Position numbers and translations under genes: made by a program. From positions 387,957-451,956 of IMG/VR virus record IMGVR_UViG_3300035661_000001: a DNA stretch of 64,000 bases, one strand, 5' to 3'. This document shows, piece after piece, positions 30,284 through 41,673 of the stretch (position 1 is its first letter; every line of letters starts with the position of its first letter). Under the pieces are notes generated by a model. That model had not been told where the DNA came from. It saw only the letters and a list, made by a program, of their open reading frames with translations, and searched no databases.

Positions 30284-30745
30284 ATGCACTACGCAATCGA
30301 GATCGTCGGTTCTTTCCTGGGTGTTGCCATTCCCGCGTGGTTGCGCGTGTTCGACTGCCGCAAGCCCATCGGGGAGGAGTTCTCCGCCAAGGCACCCTGG
30401 ACGTATACCTACGAAGGCAAAACGTTCAGCCCGGCTTTGCTCGGCTCCGAAACCGCCGCGGTGGATCTCGGATTGCGAACCGAGAAGGAGAACAACGCAA
30501 GCTGCCCATCCTCCGGCTCGGGTTACGGCGACACTCGGACCAATGAGTCGGAAGCCCATCTGGCAGTGACTCGCATGATCGAGAGCGCCATCCAGCATCA
30601 CGAGAAGTGGCTCTGGGCAAACGCTCAACCCAAGTCGACCGATGGCGGCGGGTGCTACTACCAGCCCATCGCGGTCGCCCTCTGCAACTTCGGCTGGTCG
30701 GTCATCGCTGACGGTCGGCACTACGTCGTCCCCCAGTACGTCTAA
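30284..30745 (+). CDS. hypothetical protein
   Basis: 153 aa, first gene after promoter cassette. Confidence 0.7.
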   Translation: MHYAIEIVGSFLGVAIPAWLRVFDCRKPIGEEFSAKAPWTYTYEGKTFSPALLGSETAAVDLGLRTEKENNASCPSSGSGYGDTRTNESEAHLAVTRMIESAIQHHEKWLWANAQPKSTDGGGCYYQPIAVALCNFGWSVIADGRHYVVPQYV

Positions 30746-30774
30746 CCCATCTCAATCTTCAGAAGAGGTACGTC

Positions 30775-31218
30775 ATGCAAGTCATTCTGATGAGTGGTAT
30801 CCCGGGAAGCGGTAAAGCGACCCTCGCCAAGGAATTGGGTGGTCCCCTGACCGTTGTCTGTTCTGCCGACGATTACTTCGTCGATCCCATCGAGGGCGCG
30901 TACAACTTCGATCCATCCAAGTTGTCGGAAGCGCACGGCGACTGCATGCGCAAGTTCGTTTCCCATCTGCTCCTCGACGAGGCGGATACCATCATCGTCG
31001 ACAACACCAATCTGACGGCACTGGAGCTTGCTCCGTACGTCGCCGTGGCGGCAGCCCATCATGCCAGCGTGGAGATCGTTACCGTTAACTGCAACGTGGA
31101 TGTTGCGGTGGAACGGAACACCCACAATGTTCCCATCGGTTCCATCCGTCGGATGGCAAGGACGCTCCTCGACCGGGCGCTCCCGCCTTACTGGAACGTC
31201 ATTCAGACGGTGCGCTGA
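30775..31218 (+). CDS. P-loop kinase (AAA_33 / polynucleotide kinase-like)
   Basis: ILMSGIPGSGKAT, VCSADDYF, IIVDNTN, RNTHNVP. Confidence 0.88.
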   Translation: MQVILMSGIPGSGKATLAKELGGPLTVVCSADDYFVDPIEGAYNFDPSKLSEAHGDCMRKFVSHLLLDEADTIIVDNTNLTALELAPYVAVAAAHHASVEIVTVNCNVDVAVERNTHNVPIGSIRRMARTLLDRALPPYWNVIQTVR

Positions 31219-31235
31219 CCCATCCGAGAGGTGTC

Positions 31236-31445
31236 ATGAAGTTCATCGACTGCAATAGTCCGGGCTGCATCTTCGTCGGAGAACAGGTTCACTGTGACGG
31301 TCTCTCCTACCTGGGAGGTCATCCCTGTCCCATCTCCGACGAGCTGGCAACCAAGCTGATGACGGACCCGGGCGACGAGGAAGGTCCCTGGACTCTCCAG
31401 CCGGCGCCGGCGTTCTGGGCTGACAACAACGGCAAGCCTGACTGA
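31236..31445 (+). CDS. small Cys-rich hypothetical protein
   Basis: GAGG RBS, 69 aa. Confidence 0.6.
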   Translation: MKFIDCNSPGCIFVGEQVHCDGLSYLGGHPCPISDELATKLMTDPGDEEGPWTLQPAPAFWADNNGKPD

Positions 31446-31463
31446 CCCATCTGAGGAGCACAC

Positions 31464-31658
31464 ATGATCGTTAAGGTAACGTTCAGCATTTCCGGGAACG
31501 GTCAAAACGGAATGGGATGTGTTCCCGAGCCTGGGAAGTTCGACACCGATCCCATCACCTGGGCGATCGGTTTGGAATACTTCTCCGCTTCCGAAGCGCT
31601 CGTGTGCTGGGATCCGTTCCAGGACGGTTCCCTCTACTGGAAGCCCAAGGGCGACTGA
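31464..31658 (+). CDS. small hypothetical protein
   Basis: GAGGAG RBS, 64 aa. Confidence 0.6.
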   Translation: MIVKVTFSISGNGQNGMGCVPEPGKFDTDPITWAIGLEYFSASEALVCWDPFQDGSLYWKPKGD

Positions 31659-31953
31659 CCCATCTTCTACCTTCCACGGTGATCGTCATGAATCGTAAAC
31701 CTAGGACGAACGGACCGAACCTGCACATGTGCAATCCTTTGGCGGTGCCTACCCCATCGAAAAGTTACATGTTCGGCGTGGAGATCACCGATCAGAACCA
31801 AGCCGAGCTGTACGATGCCTATCGGTCGGGACAGTCTATCGGGGATGCGTTCTGGTTCGCCGAATGCATGTACGATAAAAAAGAGCGTCTTGCTCTGATC
31901 GACCGTCGCGTCGCCGGGGGCATGTCGTTCCACCCATCCTCTCACTCACTACG

Positions 31954-32487
31954 GTGATGATCATGATGATCGACTGCAAGTGTTCGGGCAACGTGGCGTG
32001 TTCCGGTTGCAAAGCGGCGGCAGCGCAGGAGCCCCGAGCGGAACGCCAGGCGCCTCCCGCTCCCGAGACCCATCGTCCCTGCACTCGCTGCAAAGGCGAG
32101 GGAACGATTCCCGATATCTTGAACAAGTCCAAGATGCGCGACTGCCTCTCGTGCGGCGGGACCGGCGAGTTCGCACCCATCAACCTGGATGATCTCCTGA
32201 ATCGCATCCGGGCGAGCCAGGGCAAGAACAAGGGTCGGCTCCGCGCCAGCATGACGTCTCCCATCCGCAAGGACGGGATGAATGCGGCGCGAGCCTACTA
32301 CGTCTGGCGCATGGCGCGCTTCCACGGCGGGCAGGATACCACCATGCCCATCACGGCTTCGTACTGCGTCCACGGTGATCCCTTCACCGACAAGCTCGAC
32401 GCCATCGCGGATCACATCGCCAAGCAAGCCTTCGGCACGGATCTTGCCGGGGTCGCTCGCTGGGCTCGTGCCTTCGGGATGGTGTGA
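31954..32487 (+). CDS. protein with DnaJ-type CxxCxGxG zinc-finger repeats
   Basis: CTRCKGEG and CLSCGGTG. Confidence 0.7.
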   Translation: MMIMMIDCKCSGNVACSGCKAAAAQEPRAERQAPPAPETHRPCTRCKGEGTIPDILNKSKMRDCLSCGGTGEFAPINLDDLLNRIRASQGKNKGRLRASMTSPIRKDGMNAARAYYVWRMARFHGGQDTTMPITASYCVHGDPFTDKLDAIADHIAKQAFGTDLAGVARWARAFGMV

Positions 32488-32516
32488 CCCATCCGTTAAC
32501 CGAAGTCGAGGTTGCT

Positions 32517-32765
32517 ATGACGGATACACAACGGGCTCTTCGTGAGGCATTCTTCAAGCAGGAGGAGCGGCTCGCCCATCTGGTGGATGACAAGCCGGAG
32601 AACCCTTCCAATCTGGAGAAGGCAGCTTTCTGTGAAGCCATGTTCGATTTCCGTGCGGCGTGGTTGCATGCCGTCGGCTTCCGGGACGGTCTGCAAAAGG
32701 CGTGCCAGCTTGCGGGGATCCAGGGTTTCGAGGAAGCGGTCCCATCCACTACTCCGGCGGGGTGA
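32517..32765 (+). CDS. hypothetical protein
   Basis: GAGG RBS, 82 aa. Confidence 0.6.
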   Translation: MTDTQRALREAFFKQEERLAHLVDDKPENPSNLEKAAFCEAMFDFRAAWLHAVGFRDGLQKACQLAGIQGFEEAVPSTTPAG

Positions 32766-32769
32766 GGAT

Positions 32770-33060
32770 ATGAATCTACCCCGCGGCTACGAAGTCGGTG
32801 TCGTTCGTGTCTCGCGTTGCGATGAAGCGCAGGAGCATGCCAGGCTCACCTCGACCCATCGTCAGGGTGACTGCTGTGTCATTCAAGATGCGCTGTTCGA
32901 GGATGGTGTGGAGGTCGAGGGCGCAGCCACGGTCTCCCGCTGGAACAGCGGCAAGCAAGTCTTCCCCGAACCCATCAGTTCTCCGAACTGTCTGTGGGAC
33001 GAGGAGCTCGAAGCGGATTACCTGACCGAACTCTATCGGCAGGATCAGGACAGGGAGTAA
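32770..33060 (+). CDS. hypothetical protein
   Basis: GAGG RBS, 96 aa acidic. Confidence 0.6.
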   Translation: MNLPRGYEVGVVRVSRCDEAQEHARLTSTHRQGDCCVIQDALFEDGVEVEGAATVSRWNSGKQVFPEPISSPNCLWDEELEADYLTELYRQDQDRE

Positions 33061-33320
33061 TCCCATCTACAGGAGTTCGACATGTGCATCAAGCTCGGTT
33101 CTTGCAAAGGCGAATGTCCTGGGTGCAACACGCGTCGAGCCCGGCTCGACGCGGACCGAACCGCCAAGCCGTTGAGCCGGATCGTTTCCCATCCTCCGCG
33201 AGCTTGGTGCTCTGGTCCGGGAACCATTCTGGTGGACCCGGAATACGAGCTGCCCGACGGGGTGCGACTGGCGCTGACCTGAGAGCTGGTTCCCATCCAG
33301 CAATGTAAGGAGAGGTAATC

Positions 33321-33614
33321 ATGAATCACGATGCCCATTTCGACCGCATTGCTCGCGAGATTCGTGAAGATGATCTCGAAACCTTCACCTTCGCCGAAGC
33401 CCAGGGATGGGCAAAGGAGCTGGGCTTCTCCGTCGAGCGCCCATCCTCCGTCATCCAAGCTCTCGAAGCGCGGGGATTGAAGAAGGTCGAGAGGCAACCG
33501 CCTCGCAAGTTCCGCACGTTGGGGAGCAATCCTCACGATCGCTGGCAAGCCTGCCCGTCCCATGGCGGCGGCGCGGGCGACAGCATGATCGGGATGGCGG
33601 GACGAGCTGGATGA
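33321..33614 (+). CDS. hypothetical protein
   Basis: GGAG RBS; followed by terminator 33626-33657. Confidence 0.65.
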   Translation: MNHDAHFDRIAREIREDDLETFTFAEAQGWAKELGFSVERPSSVIQALEARGLKKVERQPPRKFRTLGSNPHDRWQACPSHGGGAGDSMIGMAGRAG

Positions 33615-33675
33615 TGGGCATCATTGGGCGCTGCCTCGGAAGGGGTCGCGCCCTTTTGCCGTTTCGTTTTTTGGT

Positions 33676-33710
33676 TGGCATACTGTTTGCACTCTGCACG
33701 ATAGGTGCCA
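33676..33710. promoter_or_regulatory. head-to-head sigma-54 palindrome
   Basis: TGGCATACTGTTTGCA-ctc-TGCACGATAGGTGCCA. Confidence 0.8.
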
Positions 33711-33750
33711 TCTCGATTCCCATCCTCTAATTAGCTGTCCGGTGATTACC

Positions 33751-33900
33751 ATGTCAAGCAAGGCGTCGAAGAATGCTGAGGGGATGACGTTCGCGGAATG
33801 GTTGGCTGCCGCCCATCTGCCGGAAGTAGATCCCCCGATCGACGCAGCGATTGCCTGGGCGCGGTGTGAAGATCCCGCCGACTGGCTCACGGGAACCTGA
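33751..33900 (+). CDS. small protein, paralog of 36446..36577
   Basis: GMTFAEWLAAA...AW..CEDPADW vs GLTFNEWLAGA...AW..GEDPSEY. Confidence 0.6.
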   Translation: MSSKASKNAEGMTFAEWLAAAHLPEVDPPIDAAIAWARCEDPADWLTGT

Positions 33901-33923
33901 CCCATCTTCCAACGACAGAGAGA

Positions 33924-34319
33924 ATGAACATGAAGCAAGTTCTTCGTATCATCGGTGGTCTTTCGATGCTCGTGACTCTCTGTCCGCCGCGTGCGGCGCA
34001 AGGGGCTTTCGATTCCCGGCTCGAATCCTACGAGGATCGCAATCCCATCCTCGGCGGCAAGTCGACGGAGGAGTTCCTGGCTCTCCAGGAACGGCAGGGT
34101 CCGAGCGAGGACGACTGCGAGGTCACCGTCGCCAACATCCTCGATCCCATCGAGTCGGAGGGAGAGGACGAGAACGGCGGCGAGATCATGGGATTCGCCA
34201 CGCAGCCCCGGAGGACCCGTTCCCATCGGAGCTACGACAACGCTGTCAGCAACGCCGGGTTCGAGGAGAGCGTGCTCTCTTCGCTGGTCGACGCTTGGAT
34301 GAATCGCGGGAGGACCTGA
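33924..34319 (+). CDS. acidic hypothetical protein, possible signal peptide
   Basis: 131 aa. Confidence 0.65.
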   Translation: MNMKQVLRIIGGLSMLVTLCPPRAAQGAFDSRLESYEDRNPILGGKSTEEFLALQERQGPSEDDCEVTVANILDPIESEGEDENGGEIMGFATQPRRTRSHRSYDNAVSNAGFEESVLSSLVDAWMNRGRT

Positions 34320-34470
34320 AGTCCAACCCATCGACCTGATTCTTTCAGGTCGGAGACCAGGATAGAGGCGACGCAGAAGCGACCCTTGGCAAACCGCCAG
34401 CAGCCGCCTCCCGACTTCTCTATCCTGATCTCCGGTCCGAACCCATCAAGCAAGATATCGAGGCAAGGTC

Positions 34471-34755
34471 ATGTATAAGAACACCAAGCACGGCGTCGCG
34501 GCATTCCACCAGAACATCGCGTTCACGGGACCGAGCTCCCGCGTGCTCGTCGGTGAGCAGGATGGTGATCCCATCATCACGATCTTCTCCTACGATCTCA
34601 AGGTCGGGGAGAAGCGGGGCGGACCGTTCGGGAAGATTCATCTTCTTCCCATGCCCATCAAGGGTACGCCGATCGAGCAGGGCGGGAGCAAAACGAGCCG
34701 CTCCTTGATCCGGGCGCTGTGGGCGCAGTATCCCACTGCTCAGAAGCTCGTCTGA
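34471..34755 (+). CDS. hypothetical protein
   Basis: 94 aa. Confidence 0.65.
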   Translation: MYKNTKHGVAAFHQNIAFTGPSSRVLVGEQDGDPIITIFSYDLKVGEKRGGPFGKIHLLPMPIKGTPIEQGGSKTSRSLIRALWAQYPTAQKLV

Positions 34756-35461
34756 TCTTTCCCATCAACAAGATCGTCAGAGGTGATCATGTTCTCATCT
34801 TTCAAGCCGAACGACATGCTGTGGGTCGAAGGTGTCAAGCTGGAGTCCCGCCGCTACTTCTTCGCGCTCGGCGCCATGAGCGCCGCGCTGGTCATCTACG
34901 GCGGGTTCCTCTTCGCCACCGGGTCCTGACCCATCCTGGAGATGTCATGGAAAAGAAAACCTACGTCGTCAGGATCTCCGTCAACCCGGCGACGGGAAAA
35001 GAGATCATGATCAACAACGACACCAACGAACCCATCACGGGCAGGATCACCCTGGCTGGTATGGTCCTCGTCGGAACTCGCCTTAGCGGGTTCAGTAAGC
35101 TGCTCCTGGTTTTCGAGGAGCGGTAGAGTCCCATCGTTCACAACGAGAGGCACAAGTTCATGAGAGAAGTTCGTTTGATTGGTGGCGTTCCGTTCAACGT
35201 CATGGTCTGCCCGCCGCAGCCTACCCCGGATCCCATCCGGGAAGTGGAGATGTCGGTCGACATCGAGGCGGGCATGGCGAACCAGCTCGACGGCGTGTTC
35301 TTCCCGTTCACGGGTGAGCCCATCGTCGGCAACGCCACGGACATCAACGCGCATGTCGATGCGCGAGCCGGTGATGCCCGTCTGTTCGAGTCGCTCGGCT
35401 GATACGTTCAAGTCCCATCCAAGTCCATTCCGCCAACCGTTCAGACAAGGAGAGATACGAT

Positions 35462-36085
35462 ATGTCCAAGGAAGCGAAGAGCACCGTCGGAACCGTCCCC
35501 CCGACCAAGAATCAGCGGAACAAGGATCGCAACAATCGCAAGGGCAAGCTCGTCGAGCACGGCGGGGTCTGCTCCGCGTGCGGCTCCGAAGCGACCAGCT
35601 CGCGGACCGGGACGCAGCACGCGCCGTGCTCCGGCTTCTTCGAGGGAACCTTCGACTCGTCCCATCTCAACACGCTCGCCAAGACCAACTACCTGACCGC
35701 CGACGGCAAGGTCATCGACACCCGGCGGCAGCCCATCAACGGCTTCTGGATCTCCAAGGAGGAGCTGACGTCGCGGCTCGCCGAGGAGGATCGCCGCGCC
35801 AACCTGACGCTCGCGGATCAGAACCACTGCGTCGTCGACCTGGAGGCGGAGCAGGACTGTCTGAAGGTCCGGTTCGTCAACGGTCTCAACCAGCCCATCG
35901 TCTACACCGTGGGCTTCGGCTGGGTGACCGCTGCGGCGCGCGCGTCCCAGGCGCAGCTCAACGAGACCCCGGCGAATGCCCCCATCTCCGACGAGGCAAT
36001 GGACACCTTCATCGAGGATGCGCTCGGCATCGGTGCGGAGGCGCACGAGCCCATCTCCGAGGAGCGCGAACTGGTCGCAGCGTGA
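35462..36085 (+). CDS. hypothetical protein
   Basis: 207 aa, AGGAG RBS, strong GC3 bias, CSAC motif. Confidence 0.8.
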   Translation: MSKEAKSTVGTVPPTKNQRNKDRNNRKGKLVEHGGVCSACGSEATSSRTGTQHAPCSGFFEGTFDSSHLNTLAKTNYLTADGKVIDTRRQPINGFWISKEELTSRLAEEDRRANLTLADQNHCVVDLEAEQDCLKVRFVNGLNQPIVYTVGFGWVTAAARASQAQLNETPANAPISDEAMDTFIEDALGIGAEAHEPISEERELVAA

Positions 36086-36453
36086 CAACGGCGGACGTGA
36101 AGGACGGCGATCTCAGCATCGAGGAGATGCTTGCCGTCCTGAGCCCCATCGTCGAACGGTTCAAAGAAGAGCTGGCGCTCGAGGCGGAGGGTCGCGAGAT
36201 CTTTGGGGATAGCTTCCCCCCGCGGCGCAATGCGATGCGGTGCGCCGCGTACGGAGAGCCTGACAAGGACTTGATGGGCGGGGATGCGCGAGCGTCCCTG
36301 CCTATCCTTTTACGCGAACGAGGCTATCATGATCAAGGAGATACGGAAGCGTCCTGCTGGTTCGTTCTGGATCTGCCCGAAACGTGGGGCTTCCTCCTAC
36401 CATCTGAAGTCCTGCAAGGGTCGCTGACCCATCGGAGCGGTTATCATGCGTAA
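36082..36453 (+). CDS. hypothetical protein
   Basis: GTGA overlap start; C-terminal part of track ORF 35179..36453. Confidence 0.55.
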   Translation: MTTADVKDGDLSIEEMLAVLSPIVERFKEELALEAEGREIFGDSFPPRRNAMRCAAYGEPDKDLMGGDARASLPILLRERGYHDQGDTEASCWFVLDLPETWGFLLPSEVLQGSLTHRSGYHA

Positions 36454-36577
36454 CTCCAACGGTCTCACGTTCAATGAGTGGCTCGCCGGTGCTGCGAACC
36501 CGAAAGATATCTCGTGGGACGTGCTGGAAAAGGCGTGGATCGACGGGGAAGATCCCAGCGAATACCAGCGTTCCTAG
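36446..36577 (+). CDS. small protein, paralog of 33751..33900
   Basis: GGAG RBS; shared TFxEWLA and EDP motifs. Confidence 0.6.
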   Translation: MRNSNGLTFNEWLAGAANPKDISWDVLEKAWIDGEDPSEYQRS

Positions 36578-36932
36578 CCCATCGGACGAGGACCACTGAT
36601 CATGGATATGAAAACGATTCGTTTCCTCGACGAGCTGATCGCTACTCCGGAGGGTCAAGCGCTCATCCGGTCGCGGTGGCTTCATGCTCAAGAATCTTCC
36701 AAAGCCAAGGCGGCGGCGGAATGCAAAGCTGCCGAAGAAGCACGCAAGGCGGGTCCTGGTCCCTTGACGGGATGGGATTGCTGGGCGTGTGGATGAGCGT
36801 GCGGAGCGGATCTCGCGGGAAGCGCTACGTTGCCCATCGTGCCACTGTCTGCACGGTCTTCGAGCGGCGCCGGGGGCGCCTGATACCGAGAGACGCTACT
36901 AGCCCATCCTCGATTGGGGATCAGGTGATGCC

Positions 36933-37265
36933 ATGTCGAACCTCAGAGCCTTCCAAAAAGAGTACGCGAAGATCCGAGGTCGCTCGCATTGCGAGAACCG
37001 AAAAGAATTCAACCGGCTAGCTCTTGCGTGGCTGGAAAAGCGGGGCTTGGAAAAAACCCCGGCGAACTGGATTCGAGCAGCGAACGAGGTTCCCATCCCC
37101 TGTCGCCGATGTGCTCAGACCGGGCGATTCATAACGGGGACGATGAACGGTCAACCGACCGGACCTGGCGGTGATTGTTACCGCTGCTCTGGTAAGGGCT
37201 GGCAAAACGATGATGATGCTCGGCGCAACTACGGCGCGGACATTCATCAGATAGTCCGCCTCTAA
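36933..37265 (+). CDS. protein with CxxCxxxG zinc-finger repeats
   Basis: CRRCAQTG and CYRCSGKG. Confidence 0.65.
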   Translation: MSNLRAFQKEYAKIRGRSHCENRKEFNRLALAWLEKRGLEKTPANWIRAANEVPIPCRRCAQTGRFITGTMNGQPTGPGGDCYRCSGKGWQNDDDARRNYGADIHQIVRL

Positions 37266-38315
37266 CCCATCGAGGAAGAACCATGGACGTCGATACGATT
37301 CTTCAAATCTGCTGTGGTACGGGAACCGGACCCTCCAAGCCCATCGTGGCGGAGGAAGGGAAACCCAAACCGCGGTCGCTGAAGTTCACCATGATGTATA
37401 ATGCCCGATACACGGGTTATTACTACGTCAGCCCCGACAGCCCCAATCCCCATCAGGCTGCGCTCGATCACTGTCGTCACACCTCCAATGAGGCGTGGCA
37501 CGGAACGCCTTCCGACAAGGCTCCTGGCACCTGGGAAAATTACCGGGGCTAACCCATCGTCTCGACCATCGGAGAATGTTTATCATGTGTGACAAGATCG
37601 GTTGCCCTGGTCCTGCATCATGCCCCTCCGTTGAAGACGAGAAGTTGGTTGCGATGACCGACCCATCGGCATTCCTTCTGCGTGAGGTTCAGCGGTTCGA
37701 GGGCATCACGATTCTGATTGGGGATTGCCGCGATGGCGATGCCTACTTCGCCCTGCCGCGGGTTCTCACATTCGAGGACAAGACCTTCGCTCTGACCGGC
37801 TGGAACAGCGATGCCCATCAAGCCTATTGGAAGGTCGGTGGTCTGATCGCCAAGCGCGGGGCGCGGATCGATCGCCCGATTGAAGGGTCAGAGCTAGGCT
37901 TCCCATCCGGGTCACCGGCGCGGGAGTATGCGCAACCCTGCGCGGAGGTAATCATGAAGTGGACGTGCTTCGGAGTTTGGAAAAACCGTTTCGTATTCCG
38001 AACGGACGACCCATCTGGATCGTGGGTATCGATGGTGTGGCACTGGCGCGTACGGGTGCGTCCGTGAAGCCGCAATTGAGAGCGGTGCTCAGCTACAACC
38101 AGCTACTACCCATCCTCAGCGATTATGAGCTGAAGATGGTCATCGCTCGGTTGAACACCGACTACTTCGCCGAGGCATACCATCGACGGGTGTACCTCGG
38201 GATCCTCGCCCAGAACGGCTGGACCGATGAAGGGTTCGATCAAGAGACGCTTCGTCGTATCGATGCTGGATGGGATATCAAGACGCCGCCGCCGCGGGGT
38301 GATCATCCGATGGCG

Positions 38316-38347
38316 AAGCCCGAGACTCGAAAGAGTTCCGGGCTTTT
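38316..38347 (+). terminator. intrinsic terminator
   Basis: AAGCCCGAGACTC-GAAA-GAGTTCCGGGCTTTT. Confidence 0.75.
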
Positions 38348-38365
38348 GCCCGTTCTGTTTTTTGG

Positions 38366-38400
38366 TGGCACGAGCCTTGCATATAGCACTTTACGTGCCC
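38366..38400. promoter_or_regulatory. head-to-head sigma-54 palindrome
   Basis: TGGCACGAGCCTTGCA-tat-AGCACTTTACGTGCCC. Confidence 0.78.
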
Positions 38401-38955
38401 AGCAAGTGCGTTCCTAGTAAATTCCGGGCACCCATCCTCTAGCAGTCTGGTCGGTAAGAGCAAGTCGTTGCCTACCGATAACAAGGTGGGCGGCGCATTG
38501 GGAAGCAACGAATCCCATCTAAATTGTTAGGGTTGACTGTTCAGGGTCATACTGTTTAAGGTCTGGAATATCTGAGTCCCGGCACCCTTCGATCGATGTA
38601 GTTGCAGTCCCATCCGTTTGGTGGTATCGCATAAACCAGCCAGTACGTTTGTCGGTAGTCGAATAAACCGTCATCACGCGCCAATTGAGTTTCGGGGAAG
38701 CCGATCCGAATGTAGGTCCCGAGTAAAGGAACACAGCCCATCTACGGAAAATTTGGGCTAGCAATCTCAAGCAGCGCGACGCAGCAGAAGGGCGCCGTTT
38801 CGTTTTGGTCGGGAGTCTAAGATTGTCCCATCAGAAACGTGGCGGAACTGGAACTGGCACTCAACGAATGAAAGGTAGGTTCGGCTTATGCCACGAGACT
38901 CGCCGTGATAGTCGTTGGTTCGGGGGATACAGGGTGGAGCCCATCCCCAATTTGT

Positions 38956-39037
38956 GGGCAGTGTTTCCGGTTGTTGGTATCCGGTGAGGGGTTTGAACCG
39001 CCCTTCATAGTGGGTTCGATTCCCATCATTGCCTCCG
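38956..39037 (+). tRNA. degenerate tRNA-like element (possibly Gln-derived)
   Basis: GGCAGTG/CATTGCC acceptor, GTGGG-TTCGATT-CCCAT T-arm, irregular anticodon arm with TTG. Confidence 0.4.
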
Positions 39038-40494
39038 CTAGTGATCCCGGTTAGGGGTGGATGAAAAGACACGGGTCTCTCATATATTAAAGACCACCGT
39101 CGTGATCACTGGCAACAACTTCTATCGACTCATCTTTTCATCGAAGGTGTCTATGGCAACGGAAACATTCGGTCGTTCGCCGTACTACGGCTGGGAGATT
39201 CTTTCCATCGACGAGGCACTTGCCAAGATTGGGATCGAATCCCATCTCGTCAATGGTTTGTCTGATCTCACCAGACAGCACAATCGTCTGTACTACAAGG
39301 AGGGCGAGCGGATCCACAAGCCCACGGAGTCGCAGCTCCGTCGGCGCTGGGCTTTTCCCATCCGAGGCAGCGAGTTCAAGTTCGTCGTCGTCCAGCGCAA
39401 GGAAGAGGGCGCCAGCGGTTACGAGTTCTGTATCGGGACCTGATCCCATCGGCGGAGGAACCATATTCTATCTCGAAGGTTTCTTGTTCTGCGAAGGGCT
39501 TACCGCCGCGGACCATGGCAATGCCATGATGGAGGCGGGGAAAGTAGCAGACGTCGCGACCCATCGGACTGTCATCCTGGTCTATCGTACCGTGGGGGAC
39601 ACCGAGATGATCTGCACCAAGATTCAATCTTTCGAGGATTGCCGGAGGGCTTGTCCCATCGATAAAAAAGATGCGGACGATCTGCTTCGCGATTACATGA
39701 AGTCGGCGTTCACGATGCTCTCTGACTTGCGAGGGTAGGAGACCCATCATGGAAATCGACAAGCTGGTCAAGGACCTGACGGAAAACGCCGGGCTCTATC
39801 CCGGATCACGGGTGGTTATTGGAACATCCTCTCAGGTTCTCAACAGGGAGATCCGGGGGATGGTCGCGGCGAAACGACTTCCCATCGCCGAAGGTTCCAC
39901 GCTGGGCGACGAGGATGGCGAATGCAGCAGCCTATTCCTCGTGACGACGATACCTGTTTCGGCAGAGTAACCCATCAACGGAGATCGATCATGACCATTG
40001 CAAGTGCCGTTCTAGCTCAAGGTTCGTTAAAGAGCAGGCGCACCACCAAAATCTGATCCCATCGGAGATTGACATGTATAGTGTTCACCTCTTCTTCCTG
40101 ATCGATCGTGACACTCTCAAGGTCGACCGCGCTGCGATCTGGAGCGATGGTACTCCGTGCATCGATCAGTCTCGATACATCCCGGTCAAGTGGACCTCAT
40201 GGGATGGCAAGACCCATCAAGAAGCGCACGATCGAGCCACGAACTATCTCCGAACTCATGGCAACAGCGCCATCGGTGAAGCGCTCACGAAGATGGTACT
40301 CGGGGGATAACCCATCAGAATGGAGCGATCTTCATGGAAGAGCTGAGCCTCAAAGGTATTTCTCTGAAGGGAAGGAATCGTATCCGGGGGAAGGAATCGT
40401 ATCCGGGAATTGGGATCCATCTGGATGGTTCTCCTTTACCGAAACACGGTTCGCTTCAGCCCCATCCGCCTCCCCGGCGGAGGATGGTTATGGT

Positions 40495-40854
40495 ATGAAA
40501 CACGATCATTTACGTGTCATCCTTCTCGCCGAATTCATGAGCGATGATACCGCTCTAGAAGATGCCGTGCTCGCAATCTATCGGAAGCAAACCGAAGATG
40601 AGAAACGGCAGGGAGCGACAACCCATCACAACAAGGTTGGCTTCAGCGGGTGTGATGCTCGTCAAGCCACCTACTGTGCCAAGTGGTTGCTCGACACGAA
40701 CGGGAAACGGAATCCCCATCGACATCTGTCTGGCAGATTCTTGGATTGGGCACGACGGGCGATGCCGAAGTACGCCGGACAACTGGCGACGATCGTGGCA
40801 GCGAAGGAAGAATCTTATCTCGTCGGCGAGAGGATTGCGATTCAGCAGTTTTAA
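40495..40854 (+). CDS. phage hypothetical protein
   Basis: 119 aa, IY.KQT.DEK..G.T.HHN.VGFSG.DA. Confidence 0.7.
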   Translation: MKHDHLRVILLAEFMSDDTALEDAVLAIYRKQTEDEKRQGATTHHNKVGFSGCDARQATYCAKWLLDTNGKRNPHRHLSGRFLDWARRAMPKYAGQLATIVAAKEESYLVGERIAIQQF

Positions 40855-41256
40855 TCCCATCTTTCGAGGACATCATTCCATGACTACCGACGAAGCAATC
40901 GAGGACATCTGGCGGCGGGTCGCGACCTCTGTTCGGGAGGACGTCGACCCATCGGTTCTCCAGTGGGTGTCTGACAGACTGTGCCGCGCTGATTGGTGGT
41001 ACGGTGATGGCAAAACGACCGACAACAAGACTGTCGGTTGGGGAAACAAGCACCCATCTACAAAGGATTTTCCAGAACGATCATGATCGGTAACAAGGTG
41101 ACGCCGGCGAAGCGATACTTTGTTGGTCATCTTCAGATACGGGCAGCCGATGCCAAGGTCTCCCTCCGGGAGATGCTCGGTACGAACACGTTCCCATCGT
41201 TACCGCTCGACGCCGAAGGCAATCGACTCTACCTCTAAACCATCTACGGAGGCTAC

Positions 41257-41478
41257 ATGAAACAAGCATACGACGTGGGCGACAACGTGGATGGTACGGT
41301 CACCAAGGTGGGCAGGACCCATCTGACCCTTACCATCGGAGATACCACGGGACGACTGCCGCTCTCGGATGTGCGTGCGGTTGCTCGACGTGCGATCCCC
41401 ATCGTCGGAGCCGACATGAACGTGACGGTCGCAGGGACGAAACGCGGTAAGCTGGTTCTGAGTTTCAGCCCGGGCTGA
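41257..41478 (+). CDS. single S1 (OB-fold RNA-binding) domain protein
   Basis: YDVGDNVDGTVTKV...LTIG.TTGRLPLSDV...VGADMNVTV matches the S1 repeat pattern; GGAGG RBS. Confidence 0.6.
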   Translation: MKQAYDVGDNVDGTVTKVGRTHLTLTIGDTTGRLPLSDVRAVARRAIPIVGADMNVTVAGTKRGKLVLSFSPG

Positions 41479-41673
41479 TCTCAATCGTTGCGCAGTCGAA
41501 AGATGAGAGATCATGCACAACGGATCAGGCGTGAGGATCAAAAAACCTACACCGAAGACCGCCCATCCGTTGGAGACTTCGCGCAACAACATCTGTAAGA
41601 GATAAGGAGAAAGGATGCGAATCCGAGATGGTCCGCTCTGAATGATGTTGACGGGTCGCGAGCTTGACATTCC